Shown piece by piece: positions 9,322 to 19,991 of a stretch of 59,037 nt of DNA; position 1 is the first letter of the stretch; the number at the start of each line of letters is the position of its first letter. The notes under the pieces are model-generated. The model worked only from the letters and a program-made list of their open reading frames with translations, was not told the origin of the DNA and did no database searches. Source of the stretch: a bacterium (GTDB taxonomy: Bacteria; JADJOY01). The stretch spans positions 1 to 59,037 of the forward strand of contig JAXLQJ010000046.1 of NCBI GenBank assembly GCA_046331705.1, in the 5' to 3' direction. The position numbers and the translations under genes were made by a program.

Positions 9322-9966
9322 CTACAGCATCCCCAGCTCGAGCTTCGCCGCCTCGGTCATCATGTCGGGCGTCCAGGGCGGCTCCCACACCACGTCCACC
9401 TTCGCCGACTTCACGCCTTCCACCGACGCGACCTTGCCTTCGACCTCGGGTGGCAGTGAGCCGGCAACCGGGCACATGGGCGAGGTGAGGGTCATGACCA
9501 CCCACGCGTTTTGTTCCGAGTCGACCTCGATCGAGTAGATCAGCCCGAGCTCGTAGATGTTGACGGGGATCTCGGGGTCGTAGCAGGTGCGCAACACGTT
9601 CAGGATGCTTTCGCCGATCGCGCCCTCGGGAACGGGCGTGGCCTGGCGCATGTCCGCGGTCCATTTGCGTGCCGGCGCAGCGGCGTTCGCGACCTCGGCC
9701 GCAGTCTCCGCCGCACCCTCCACCGATGGCGGCACTGGCGGCGTCGGCACCGGTACGGGCGCCGAGGAATCGCCGTTCACCGGCTTCGGCAGCGCTGGAT
9801 CCGGCACCGGCTGCGGTCCGCTCGCGGGCCGCGTGCTCGCGTGTGGATCCTCGTGGTGGGCGTAGTGCTTGGGTGCGTCGAACGGATGATCTTTCGCCGT
9901 TCGCGCCGATCGCATCAGCCAGCGACCAGCCAAGTCCTTCAGAGTGTCGACGATCGGGCCTACCAT
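9322..9966 (-). CDS. sufT: SUF-associated DUF59 Fe-S assembly protein (SufT-like) with long N-terminal extension
   Basis: YDPEIPVNIYELGLIY, MTLTSPMCPVAGSLP, VWEPPWTPDMMTEAAKLELG; last gene of the suf operon. Confidence 0.9.
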   Translation of the reverse strand: MVGPIVDTLKDLAGRWLMRSARTAKDHPFDAPKHYAHHEDPHASTRPASGPQPVPDPALPKPVNGDSSAPVPVPTPPVPPSVEGAAETAAEVANAAAPARKWTADMRQATPVPEGAIGESILNVLRTCYDPEIPVNIYELGLIYSIEVDSEQNAWVVMTLTSPMCPVAGSLPPEVEGKVASVEGVKSAKVDVVWEPPWTPDMMTEAAKLELGML

Positions 9967-9999
9967 CGAAGTCCTCGCATCTCAGCTTCTACGTGAGCT

Positions 10000-10458
10000 T
10001 CATTCGGTCGAGATGGTCTCGCCGGTGTTCGCGATGGCGGAGTGGAGCGTGTGCCACGCGAGGGTCGCGCACTTGACCCGGGTGGGGTACTCGGTCACTC
10101 CGGCGAACACGGCCAGCTTGCCCAGCTCGACTTTCGGTTGGTCGGTCGGGACGGCGGCGGATGGCGCCACCATCGCGTGGAAGGTGTGGAAGAGCGCTTC
10201 CGCCTCGGCCTCGGTTCGGCCCTTCACGATCTCGGTCATCAGCGAGGCCGATGCTGTCGAGATGGCGCAGCCCGCTCCCTGGAAGGTCGCGTTCTTGACG
10301 ATGCCGTTCTCGACCTCGAGAAAGACCGTGAAGCGGTCGCCGCAGAGCGGGTTGTAGCCGTCGGCCTTGCGGTTGGCGGTGGCGAGCACCGCGAAGTTCC
10401 GCGGCCGTCGACCGTGGTCGAGGATGACTTCCTGATAGAGATCGCGTAGCTCGGACAT
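10000..10458 (-). CDS. sufU: SufU/NifU-family Fe-S assembly protein
   Basis: [46 protein letters not shown] overlap with sufS. Confidence 0.95.
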   Translation of the reverse strand: MSELRDLYQEVILDHGRRPRNFAVLATANRKADGYNPLCGDRFTVFLEVENGIVKNATFQGAGCAISTASASLMTEIVKGRTEAEAEALFHTFHAMVAPSAAVPTDQPKVELGKLAVFAGVTEYPTRVKCATLAWHTLHSAIANTGETISTE

Positions 10459-11753
10459 CAGCCGAAGAGCTCCCTCACCTTGGCGAGACCGTGGATCAGC
10501 ACGTCGATCTCGGCGGGCGTGTTGTAGAAGGCGAGCGAGGCGCGCGCGGTCGCGGGGATGCCGAAGCGCTCCATGACCGGCTGGGCGCAGTGGTGACCCG
10601 TGCGGATCGCGATGCCTTCGCTGTCGAGGATCGTGCCGATGTCGTGCGGGTGGATGTTGTCGAGCAGGAACGACACGACGCTCGCCTTGTGCGCGGCGGT
10701 GCCGATCAGCTTCACGCCCGGCACCGCGCCGATCCGCTCCGTGGCGTACGCGAGCAAGTCCGCTTCCCACGCCGCCGCCGCATCGAAGTCGATGGATTCG
10801 AGGTAGTCGATCGCGGCGCCGAGGCCGATGCCGCAGCCGATGTCCGGCGTTCCGGCCTCGAACTTGGCGGGCAGATCGGCGTAGGTGGACTTCTCGAACG
10901 TGACCGAGCGGATCATGTCGCCGCCGCCCTGGTAGGGCGGCATCGCGTCGAGCAGCTCGGCCTTGCCGTAGAGGATGCCGGACCCGGTGGGGCCGAAGAG
11001 CTTGTGGCCGGAAAGCGCGTAGAAATCGCAATCGAGCGCGCGCACGTCGACGCGCAGGTGGGGTGCCGCCTGCGCGCCGTCCACCAGCACCTTGGCGCCC
11101 GCCTGGTGCGCGAGCCGGACGATCTCGGTCACGGGATTGATGGTGCCGAGCGCGTTCGAGACGTGGTTCACCGCCACCAGCTTCACGCGTGGGCTCAGGA
11201 GCTTCTCGTACTCGTCGAGACGTAGCTCGCCTGCGTCGTTGATGGGGATCACGCGGAGCCGCGCGCCGCTGCGCTCGCACAGCATCTGCCACGGCACGAT
11301 GTTCGAGTGGTGCTCGAGGCCGCTCACGATGATCTCGTCGCCGGCGCCCACGAAGCGGCTGCCGAACGACCAGGCCACCAGGTTGATGGCCTCCGTGGTG
11401 CCGCGCACGAAGATGGTCTCGCGCGTCGAGCCGGCGTTGATCCAGCGCCGAATCTTGTCGCGCGCCCCTTCGTACGCCGCGGTCGCCTTCTCGCTCAGCA
11501 GGTGGACGCCGCGGTGGATGTTGGCGTTTTCCTCGGTGTAGTAGCGAGTGATGGCGTCGATCACCACCTGGGGCTTCTGCGAGGTGGCGGCGTTGTCGAG
11601 GTAGACGAGCGGCTTGCCGCGCACGCTACGCGACAGGATCGGGAAGTCGCGCCGCACGCGCTCGACGTCGAAGCCGCTGCGCGGCGGCGAGGTGCGCGCG
11701 GCGTGCTCGCGTGGCGCTGCCGAGCTCTCGATGGGTGTTGCCGACGGGATCAT
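10458..11753 (-). CDS. sufS: cysteine desulfurase SufS
   Basis: [37 protein letters not shown] overlap with sufD. Confidence 0.97.
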   Translation of the reverse strand: MIPSATPIESSAAPREHAARTSPPRSGFDVERVRRDFPILSRSVRGKPLVYLDNAATSQKPQVVIDAITRYYTEENANIHRGVHLLSEKATAAYEGARDKIRRWINAGSTRETIFVRGTTEAINLVAWSFGSRFVGAGDEIIVSGLEHHSNIVPWQMLCERSGARLRVIPINDAGELRLDEYEKLLSPRVKLVAVNHVSNALGTINPVTEIVRLAHQAGAKVLVDGAQAAPHLRVDVRALDCDFYALSGHKLFGPTGSGILYGKAELLDAMPPYQGGGDMIRSVTFEKSTYADLPAKFEAGTPDIGCGIGLGAAIDYLESIDFDAAAAWEADLLAYATERIGAVPGVKLIGTAAHKASVVSFLLDNIHPHDIGTILDSEGIAIRTGHHCAQPVMERFGIPATARASLAFYNTPAEIDVLIHGLAKVRELFG

Positions 11754-13078
11754 GCCTTCTCCTGAATCGCGACCGGCGACCAGGCGCTCAACCACTCCTC
11801 GAGCTCGGCGCGGACCGATGCGGCGCGCACGCGCGCCACCACCTCGCCGGCGAAGGCCTGCGTGAGCACCGAGCGCGCCTCGCTTTCGCCGAGCCCGCGC
11901 GAGCGCAGGTAGAAGATCGCCGCGGGGTCGAGCTTGCCGATGGTCGCGCCGTGCGAGCACTTCACGTCGTCCGCGTAGATCTCGAGCTGCGGCTTGGTGT
12001 CGGCGCGCGCGTCCTTCGAGATGAGCAGGTTCCGATTCACCTGCTGCGCGTTGGTCTTCTGGGCGTGCGGCGCCACCAGGACGCGCCCGTTGAAGACGCT
12101 TCGGGCCGCGCCGTCGAGAACGGACTTGTAGAGCTGGCGGCTCTCGCAATGCGGCTGCGCGTGCTCGATCGAGGTCTGGCTGTCGACGTGTTGGTTGTCC
12201 GCGCCGACGGTCAGGCCGTCGAGGGTGGCCGTGGCGCCTTCGCCGTCGAGGATCGTGCGGATCTCGTTGCGCACCAGACCGCCGCCCAACGCGATCCAGC
12301 GCGAGGCGAGCTGGCTCGCGCGCGCCTGGCGCACGTGCAGCGAGCCGACGTGGAATGCGTGGGTGCCCTCGCGTTCGAGCTTCACGTGCTCGATCACCGC
12401 CGCGGGTCCGAGCACGATCTCGGTCACCGCGTTGGTGAAGTGGGTGCCCGCGCCGAGGGTCACGAAGCGCTCGACGACGGTGATCTCACTCGCCTCCTGC
12501 GCGACGATCAGCACCCGCGGGTGGCTCACGATCGGCTCGCTCGCGCCACTCGCGATGAACACCAGGTGGATCGGCTTCTCGATCGCCACGCCGCGCGCCA
12601 CCTGGATGAGCGCGCCGTCCTGGACGAACGCCGAGTTGAGCGCCGTGAACGGCTCGGCCTGCGAAACGTTCACGCGCCCGAGGTGAGGCTCCACCTCGGC
12701 TGGGCGCTCGCGCAGCGCCGCCGCCAGCGAGTCCACGCGCAGCCCGCCGCGCGCGGCGGCGGCGTTCGAGAGGTGCGGGGCGTAGTGTCCATCCACGAAC
12801 ACCAGCTCCGCGACCGCCGCACCGCCCAGGCTGTGCGGCGCGATCGCCTCGGGCCGAATGGCGGACGCGCTCGCCGCCTCGGCGAGCCGGAAGGCCGTGC
12901 GCGCGATCGGCTCGATGTTGGTGTAGCGCCACGCTTCGTGGCGCGTGCTCGGCAGACCGAGCTCGCCGAAACGCGACATCGCCGCGTCGCGCAGCGAGCC
13001 GAGCCACGGCGCGTCGGCGGAGGCCGCGGGCCTCACGAACGTCGCGAGGCTGGAGAGAAACGGAGTCGGCTGGGGCAT
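11750..13078 (-). CDS. sufD: Fe-S assembly protein SufD
   Basis: [44 protein letters not shown]. Confidence 0.97.
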   Translation of the reverse strand: MPQPTPFLSSLATFVRPAASADAPWLGSLRDAAMSRFGELGLPSTRHEAWRYTNIEPIARTAFRLAEAASASAIRPEAIAPHSLGGAAVAELVFVDGHYAPHLSNAAAARGGLRVDSLAAALRERPAEVEPHLGRVNVSQAEPFTALNSAFVQDGALIQVARGVAIEKPIHLVFIASGASEPIVSHPRVLIVAQEASEITVVERFVTLGAGTHFTNAVTEIVLGPAAVIEHVKLEREGTHAFHVGSLHVRQARASQLASRWIALGGGLVRNEIRTILDGEGATATLDGLTVGADNQHVDSQTSIEHAQPHCESRQLYKSVLDGAARSVFNGRVLVAPHAQKTNAQQVNRNLLISKDARADTKPQLEIYADDVKCSHGATIGKLDPAAIFYLRSRGLGESEARSVLTQAFAGEVVARVRAASVRAELEEWLSAWSPVAIQEKA

Positions 13079-13089
13079 GGGGCGATTCC

Positions 13090-13881
<792 letters not shown>

Positions 13882-13963
13882 GGTCGACTCTTCCTCTCGA
13901 TCCCTTCGTTCTCGATGTTCGATCGGTCGCTCACGCCTCGAGCCGCGAGCCCCGAGTCCAAGC

Positions 13964-15412
13964 TCATCCCACGCTGCCTTCGAGGCTCACGCTCAAGAGC
14001 TTCTGCGCCTCGACCGCGAATTCCATCGGCAGCTCCTTGAAGACCTGCTTGCAGAAGCCGTTCACGATCATGTTCACGGCGTCCTCGGCGGAAAGCCCGC
14101 GGCTCTGGCAATAGAAGACCTGGTCCTCGCCGATCTTGGACGTGGACGCCTCGTGCTCCATCACCGAGGACGTGTTCTCGACCTCGATGTACGGGAACGT
14201 GTGGGCGCCGCACTGATCGCCCATGAGCAACGAATCGCACTGGGAGTAATTCCGCGCGTTCGTCGCGCTGGGCTTGATGTGCACCAGCCCGCGGTAGGTG
14301 TTCTGGCCGTGACCGGCGGAGATTCCCTTCGACACGATGGTGCTCTTCGTGTTCTTGCCGATGTGGATCATCTTCGTGCCGGTGTCGGCCTGCTGGTAAT
14401 TGTTGGCGACCGCCACCGAATAGAACTCGCCCACCGAGTCCTCGCCGATCAGCAAGCAGCTCGGGTACTTCCAGGTGATGGCGGACCCGGTTTCCACCTG
14501 GGTCCAGGAGATCTTCGATCTCTTGCCGCGGCACGCGCCGCGCTTGGTCACGAAGTTGTAGATCCCGCCTTTTCCGTTCTTGTCGCCTGGATACCAGTTC
14601 TGCACGGTCGAGTACTTGATGGTGGCGTTGTCGAGCGCCACCAGCTCGACCACGGCCGCGTGCAGCTGGTTCTCGTCGCGCATCGGCGCCGTGCAGCCCT
14701 CGAGGTAGCTCACGTACGCGCCCTCGTCGGCGATCAGCAGCGTGCGCTCGAACTGTCCGGTGTTCTTGGCGTTGATGCGGAAGTAGGTCGAGAGCTCCAT
14801 CGGGCAGCGCACGCCCTTGGGGATGTAAGCGAACGATCCGTCGCTGAAGACCGCCGAGTTGAGCGCGGCGAAGAAGTTGTCGCCGGTCGGCACGACCGAG
14901 CCCAGGTATTTGCGGACCAGCTCGGGATGCTCGTGGACCGCCTCGGAGAACGAGCAGAAGACGATGCCCAGCTCGGCGAGCTTGGATTTGAACGTGGTGG
15001 CGACGGAAACGCTGTCGAACACGGCGTCGACGGCGACGCCAGCGAGCATCTCCTGCTCCTTCAACGGGATGCCGAGCTTCTCGTAGGTCTTGAGCAGCTC
15101 CGGATCGACCTCGTCGAGGCTCTTGGGGCCCTCCTTCGGTGCCTTGGGGGCCGAGTAGTAGATGATGTCCTGGTAGTCGATCGCCGGGTAATGGACCTTG
15201 GGCCACGCCGGCTCCGTCATCTTCGTCCAGTGACGGTACGCCTTGAGCCGCCAATCCAAGAGCCATTGCGGCTCGTTCTTCTTCTGCGAGATGAGCCGAA
15301 CGACCTCCTCGCTGAGGCCCGGCGGGACCGATTCCGCCTCGATGTCGGTGACGAAGCCGTACTTGTATTCCTGCGTCGTCAGGTTCGAGAGGGTCGTCTC
15401 GGAGCTGGACAT
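13964..15412 (-). CDS. sufB: Fe-S assembly protein SufB
   Basis: [58 protein letters not shown] at 15412. Confidence 0.98.
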   Translation of the reverse strand: MSSSETTLSNLTTQEYKYGFVTDIEAESVPPGLSEEVVRLISQKKNEPQWLLDWRLKAYRHWTKMTEPAWPKVHYPAIDYQDIIYYSAPKAPKEGPKSLDEVDPELLKTYEKLGIPLKEQEMLAGVAVDAVFDSVSVATTFKSKLAELGIVFCSFSEAVHEHPELVRKYLGSVVPTGDNFFAALNSAVFSDGSFAYIPKGVRCPMELSTYFRINAKNTGQFERTLLIADEGAYVSYLEGCTAPMRDENQLHAAVVELVALDNATIKYSTVQNWYPGDKNGKGGIYNFVTKRGACRGKRSKISWTQVETGSAITWKYPSCLLIGEDSVGEFYSVAVANNYQQADTGTKMIHIGKNTKSTIVSKGISAGHGQNTYRGLVHIKPSATNARNYSQCDSLLMGDQCGAHTFPYIEVENTSSVMEHEASTSKIGEDQVFYCQSRGLSAEDAVNMIVNGFCKQVFKELPMEFAVEAQKLLSVSLEGSVG

Positions 15413-15480
15413 GGCTGAAACTCCTGGGCTCGTTTTCGTTTGGTGTGGGGCCGGGCAGCGCTGCGCGTGGTCGACGTCGC

Positions 15481-16038
15481 TCACGCCCCGCTGGGCGGCG
15501 GCAACGGGGCCGTCAGCACGCTGGGCGCGAGCGGCGCCAGCGGCGTCGAGAGAGCGGCGTGGTTGCGAGGCCCGCTCGGTTCCGTGATCTGCACGGTCTC
15601 GAGATTCACACGGGTGCTGCGCTGCGCCGGTAGCGGCTGCGTCATCTCCGCCAGCGTCAGTCCCGCGAGCGCGTCGCGAATGACTTGGTTGATGCGTTGC
15701 CAGTTGGTACGCACCGGGCAGAGCGTCTCCTGCGTGCACGCTCCCGGGCGCTCGAGGCTGCATTCGGTGATCGCCACCGGCCCTTCCAGGGCGGCGACGA
15801 TGTCGATCATCGAGATCCGGTCCGGGTGACGGGCCAGGCTGTAGCCGCCCTTCACGCCGCGGTGCGACACCAGCAGCCCGTAGCGTCCGAGCACCTTGAG
15901 GATCTTGCTGACCATCGGCAGCGGCAGCGCGGTCTCTTCGGCCAGGTCGCGCGCCGTGTGGACCTCGCCGGTGGGGGAGGCGGCGAACCGGGTCAACAGC
16001 ACGATCCCGTAGTCCGTTTGCTTCGTCATCCGAAACAT
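15481..16038 (-). CDS. Rrf2-family SUF system transcriptional regulator
   Basis: [22 protein letters not shown]-x6-C-x5-C ([16 protein letters not shown]); heads the suf operon. Confidence 0.93.
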   Translation of the reverse strand: MFRMTKQTDYGIVLLTRFAASPTGEVHTARDLAEETALPLPMVSKILKVLGRYGLLVSHRGVKGGYSLARHPDRISMIDIVAALEGPVAITECSLERPGACTQETLCPVRTNWQRINQVIRDALAGLTLAEMTQPLPAQRSTRVNLETVQITEPSGPRNHAALSTPLAPLAPSVLTAPLPPPSGA

Positions 16039-16055
16039 GTTTGGGCGCTCCGACC

Positions 16056-16123
16056 GCGATACAGAACTCGTACGGTACGAATTTACCGGGTGTTCAAGCG
16101 ATAGGCAACTCGATTGGTCCTAT
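16056..16123. promoter_or_regulatory. putative paired Rrf2 operator sites upstream of the suf operon
   Basis: GCGATAcagAACTCGtacGGTaC (16056) and GCGATAggcAACTCGattGGTcC (16098), 42 bp apart. The second contains the inverted repeat ATAGG-N13-CCTAT. Confidence 0.5.
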
Positions 16124-16256
16124 TTTCGCCGTCCCGCACAGATGGCGCCGTAATGCGCGGTAATTGTTTGCTATTCAGTAATCGCTGGGGGGTGTGGACA
16201 GCGCTTCTCGTGCCAACCGAGGCGGCAGGCGTGCCGAGAAGGCCTCCGGGCAGGCG

Positions 16257-17270
16257 TCAGGGACGGATGCCGAGCCGGCTCAAGGGGGAGAGCGACCGCA
16301 GCACCAGCCCGGGATCGCCCAGCGCGCTTCCGACTCCCGCTACTGCCCGAGAAACATTGAGGTTCTTCCGGTTGCAGTCCTTGCAGAGCGGAATCTCGTC
16401 GTAGCGACCCTGTGCCTGCTTGAGCCGCAGGCTGCGCATGGACCCGCCTCGCCAGACGAGGTCTAGCGAGTCCACGTTGAGGTCGCCGACGGTCTCGCAA
16501 CCGTCGAAGTCGTAGCAGCACGGCACCACCCGTCCGTCCCAGTAGACGGCGAGCCCTCGCCAGGTTCGGATGCACGGGCTGGCCGAGCTCGACGGGGGTG
16601 GGCCGACGACGCGGTCGCCGATCTTGCGCACGTGCTCGCGGTTCACGCCGAGCGGCTTCAAGCGCACCGCATCGACGCCAGACTTGCGCCAATGCTCACG
16701 GAATGACTCGGTTTCCTCGGCGTTCTCCCGCTGCACGATCATCTGCACCACGGTGAACGGGCCACGCCCGGCGCGGCGCCTGAGCTCGAGGAACGCCTCC
16801 AGATTCGCCACCGTGCGCGCGAAGTCTCCGCCGCGGCGGATGGCGGCGTAGGTATCGGCGCGAAAACCGTCGATGGAGAACGACACGAAGTCGAGGCCGG
16901 ATTCGACCAGGCGCGCGGCGCGCTCGGCGTCCACGTGGAGGCCGCTGGTCTGGAGATACGAGCGGATGCCGTTCGCCCGCAGATGGGCGATGGCATCGAA
17001 GATTCCGGGATGGAGCAATGACTCGCCCGCGAGGCAGAGGTCCACCATGCCCACGCGGCCAGCCGCCTGGTCGACGATGCGGCGGAACAGGCCGAGATCC
17101 ATGTCGCCCACGCGCCGGCCGCTCCAGTTGCGCGGGCACATGATGCAACCCAGGTCGCAGCGGTTGGTGAGCTCGACCGTGAGCTCCATCGGCCAACCGC
17201 CGGGGTCGGGGTCGCCTCGCAGGTAAGCCCAGCTCAGCGCGAGGCGGTTGCGCGTCTGCGACCAGCTCAT
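16257..17270 (-). CDS. radical SAM protein with SPASM/twitch domain
   Basis: ELTNRCDLGCIMC, GESLLHP; C-terminal CIRTW..DGRVVPCCYD..VGDL..PLCKDC. Confidence 0.92.
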   Translation of the reverse strand: MSWSQTRNRLALSWAYLRGDPDPGGWPMELTVELTNRCDLGCIMCPRNWSGRRVGDMDLGLFRRIVDQAAGRVGMVDLCLAGESLLHPGIFDAIAHLRANGIRSYLQTSGLHVDAERAARLVESGLDFVSFSIDGFRADTYAAIRRGGDFARTVANLEAFLELRRRAGRGPFTVVQMIVQRENAEETESFREHWRKSGVDAVRLKPLGVNREHVRKIGDRVVGPPPSSSASPCIRTWRGLAVYWDGRVVPCCYDFDGCETVGDLNVDSLDLVWRGGSMRSLRLKQAQGRYDEIPLCKDCNRKNLNVSRAVAGVGSALGDPGLVLRSLSPLSRLGIRP

Positions 17271-17301
17271 GGCGGGGGGAGCGCGCCGGTGCGCGCTCGA
17301 C

Positions 17302-18867
17302 TCAACAGGATGCGGCGGTCACGCGGTCCGCGAGCCATTTCTCGGGGAGGAAGCGGAACCAGCGGCGCGCCAAGCGCAGCTTGGCGATCGGCCGATAGAG
17401 AGCCGCGAGCACGCGCAGCGGCCAGGTGCCGTACTCGCGCACCTTGCCGTCCACGAAGATCGACAGGAAATACGCGGCTTCCTGTGCCTTGCGCTGCGAT
17501 TCGGTCATCCACGGGTTGTTGGAGCGATCGAGCGCAAAGCGCGCCCAATCCTCGGTGCGCGGCGGGAACTGGAACCCCGCGCGCGCGGCGATGTGGTAGG
17601 CGTCGGTGCCGGGGTAGGGCGCCAGGCAGTAGACGGGCGAGACCAACGCCTGCGGGTTCTCGCGTACCACCTCGAGAAGCAGGTCCAGGGTCGCCGCGAA
17701 CTCGGAGGCGCTCTCCTCGGGAAAGCCCGACATGAAGTTGTACCAAGGCACGATGTCGTGCTTGGCGAGCCGGCGGTTGATCTCGCGCACGTCGGCGATC
17801 TTCAGGCCCTTGCCGATCTCGCGCTGGATCCGCTCGGAGCCCGACTCCACCCCCATGTCCACGCGCACCATGCCGCTGCGCCTGAGCAGCGCGAGCTCGT
17901 CGTCGGAGAGCTTCTTGAGGATCGGAATGACCGTCCCTTGGACCTGGTAGGTGATGTCCCAGCCTTCGCGGAGAATGCCCTCGGCGATCTCGAGCGCCCG
18001 CTCCGTGCGCGTGAAGTACGAGTCGTCGGTGATGGAGACGTGGCTCACGCCCGGCAGGCTCGCCCGCAGGTGACGCAGATGCTCGAGCACCGTCGCGGCG
18101 CTCTGGCCACGCCAGCTCACGCCGAAGAGCGAGTTCGTGTAGCAGTAGCCGCACGGATAGGGGCAGCCGCGCGAGGTCTCGAAGTACGCGGTCTGGCGTC
18201 CGCCACGCAAGAACAGGTACCCGGGTCCGGCGAGGTGGTACGGGATGGGGTCGAGCCGGTCGAGATCGAGCTTGCCGCGCGGCGGGCCGAGCCGCACGGC
18301 GCCCTCGTCGTCGAGGCTCGCGGTGCCCGGGACCTCCCACGCCGGCCGGCCGGCGGCGAACGCCTCCACCAGCTCGGCGAAGGTGGTCTCGCCCTCGCCG
18401 ATCACGACCACGTCGACGAGCCCGCCGGCGAGGGTTTGCTCGGGGAGCAGCGTGCCGTGGATGCCGCCCCACACCACGGGCGTCGTCGGCGAGATCTCCC
18501 GCACCGCGCGTGCGATCGCGAGGGCGTGGAGGAGCTGGCGACCGGTGACGGACGTGATCGCGACGCAGATCGGCCGGCGCGCGAGGAGCTGGGCGAGCGT
18601 CGCACGCCACTCGCGATCGACGCGCTCGTCGACCAGCACCACGTTGCGTTCCCGCGCCACCTTGCGGGCCGCGCTGAGCAGCGACAGCGGAAGCGTGGGG
18701 TGGCTCTTCCACGCGTCGAGGATCTCGGTCTTGGCCTGGACCAGCACCACCTCGGGGTCGTGACTGGCCCGCGACCCGACGCCCGCGGCTCGCGATCTCG
18801 CGACCGAGACCGACGGGGGAGCGGGCGCCGGGGGCGCCTCCGCGCGAATCGGAGCGACGGATGGCAT
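17302..18867 (-). CDS. cobalamin (B12)-binding radical SAM protein
   Basis: VVWGGIHGT, VVIGEGE, ETSRGCPYPCGYC, DDSYF, MGVESGS, FMSGFPEE, PYPGT. ATG at 18867 overlaps the upstream stop (TGATG). Confidence 0.93.
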   Translation of the reverse strand: MPSVAPIRAEAPPAPAPPSVSVARSRAAGVGSRASHDPEVVLVQAKTEILDAWKSHPTLPLSLLSAARKVARERNVVLVDERVDREWRATLAQLLARRPICVAITSVTGRQLLHALAIARAVREISPTTPVVWGGIHGTLLPEQTLAGGLVDVVVIGEGETTFAELVEAFAAGRPAWEVPGTASLDDEGAVRLGPPRGKLDLDRLDPIPYHLAGPGYLFLRGGRQTAYFETSRGCPYPCGYCYTNSLFGVSWRGQSAATVLEHLRHLRASLPGVSHVSITDDSYFTRTERALEIAEGILREGWDITYQVQGTVIPILKKLSDDELALLRRSGMVRVDMGVESGSERIQREIGKGLKIADVREINRRLAKHDIVPWYNFMSGFPEESASEFAATLDLLLEVVRENPQALVSPVYCLAPYPGTDAYHIAARAGFQFPPRTEDWARFALDRSNNPWMTESQRKAQEAAYFLSIFVDGKVREYGTWPLRVLAALYRPIAKLRLARRWFRFLPEKWLADRVTAASC

Positions 18868-19958
18868 CAAGCGCCCATCGGCGCCACCGGCAGCGAGACG
18901 CGGTTGGACTTGAGCGCGTTGCGCCGGTGGATTTCCTCGACGGGCAGGAAGGACTGGCCGCTTTCGCGGATCGGCTCGAGGTAGGTCTGGATGAACTCCT
19001 TGTCGTCGCCCGCCGGGCAGCCAGGCTGCACGTGCCCGAACGCTTCCTCGCCGAGCATCCGCTTCCAGATCGCCGCCATCGGCTCGCTCCGCACGTTTCC
19101 GAACGAGACGTGGGCCCGCGGGCAGGGCGCGACCTCGCCGGTCGCCGTCACGTAGATCTTCTCGATGCCCGCCGGGCAGCCTTCCTTCACGTAGTTCGAG
19201 CCGCCCTCCCAGCGCACGTGCGGCACCTCGAGCATCCGCTCGTAGGCGCGGATCTCGTGCTGGCGAAGGAGCTGGTCCTCGTCGTCCTTCCAGGCACCCA
19301 CCGAGCACGCGATGTTGACGGTGAGCAGGCAGCCCAGGTTGCGCGCCAGCTCCACCATCTCCCAGGCGTCGCCGTTGGCGAGGTTCTCGCGGGTGATGAC
19401 CGTGCACAGGTAGACCTCGAGATCGAGCGCCACCGCGCGGCGCACGCCGGCGACGAGCTTCTCGAAGGCGCCCACCCGCGCCTTCCGCGCGTCGTGGATC
19501 TCGGGGCGGGCGCTGTCGAGCCCCACCGAGAGGATCCGGACGCCGGAATCCTTGAGGCGTCGCACGGTCTCGTCGCTCAGCATCATCCCGTTGGTCGCGA
19601 GCGACACGACGGCGCGTTCGGGCTGGGCGGCGGCCAGCAGATCGTAGATCTCGCGCCGCATCAGTGCTTCACCGCCGGTGAAGTTGATGTTGAGCGCGCC
19701 GAGCTCGATGCACTCGGCGAGCACCCGTCGCGCGGTGGGGACGTCGATCACGTCACCCTTCGCCTCCATCAAGTCCCATGCGGAGCAATGTCCGCAGGCC
19801 GCGTTGCAGTCGTTCGATACCGAGAACTCGACGCCGCGCAGCACCGGCTGCTTGAGCACCAGCAGCTTGAAGTAGTTCGCGGCGATGCGCGGCAGGATGT
19901 ACGGATAGCGGGTCATGAGCCCGCGGTGCTTGCCGACCAGTCGCGTAAAGGTGTTCAT
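18867..19958 (-). CDS. radical SAM protein with SPASM/twitch domain
   Basis: CNAACGHC, FTGGEALMR, TNG, GLDS; GCPAG..GEVAPCP..FGNVRSEPMAAIW. GAGGTG RBS before ATG at 19958. Confidence 0.92.
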   Translation of the reverse strand: MNTFTRLVGKHRGLMTRYPYILPRIAANYFKLLVLKQPVLRGVEFSVSNDCNAACGHCSAWDLMEAKGDVIDVPTARRVLAECIELGALNINFTGGEALMRREIYDLLAAAQPERAVVSLATNGMMLSDETVRRLKDSGVRILSVGLDSARPEIHDARKARVGAFEKLVAGVRRAVALDLEVYLCTVITRENLANGDAWEMVELARNLGCLLTVNIACSVGAWKDDEDQLLRQHEIRAYERMLEVPHVRWEGGSNYVKEGCPAGIEKIYVTATGEVAPCPRAHVSFGNVRSEPMAAIWKRMLGEEAFGHVQPGCPAGDDKEFIQTYLEPIRESGQSFLPVEEIHRRNALKSNRVSLPVAPMGA

Positions 19959-19991
19959 GCGGCTTCTCACCTCGTTGAAGTCGTCGAACCG

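Noticed and set aside
8555-9664. ORFs with repeated 51-aa peptides across the tandem array
   Set aside because: They are a by-product of the 153-bp unit. Indels shift frames between units, the composition is Arg/Ala-rich shadow sequence, and the ORF overlaps sufT out of frame.
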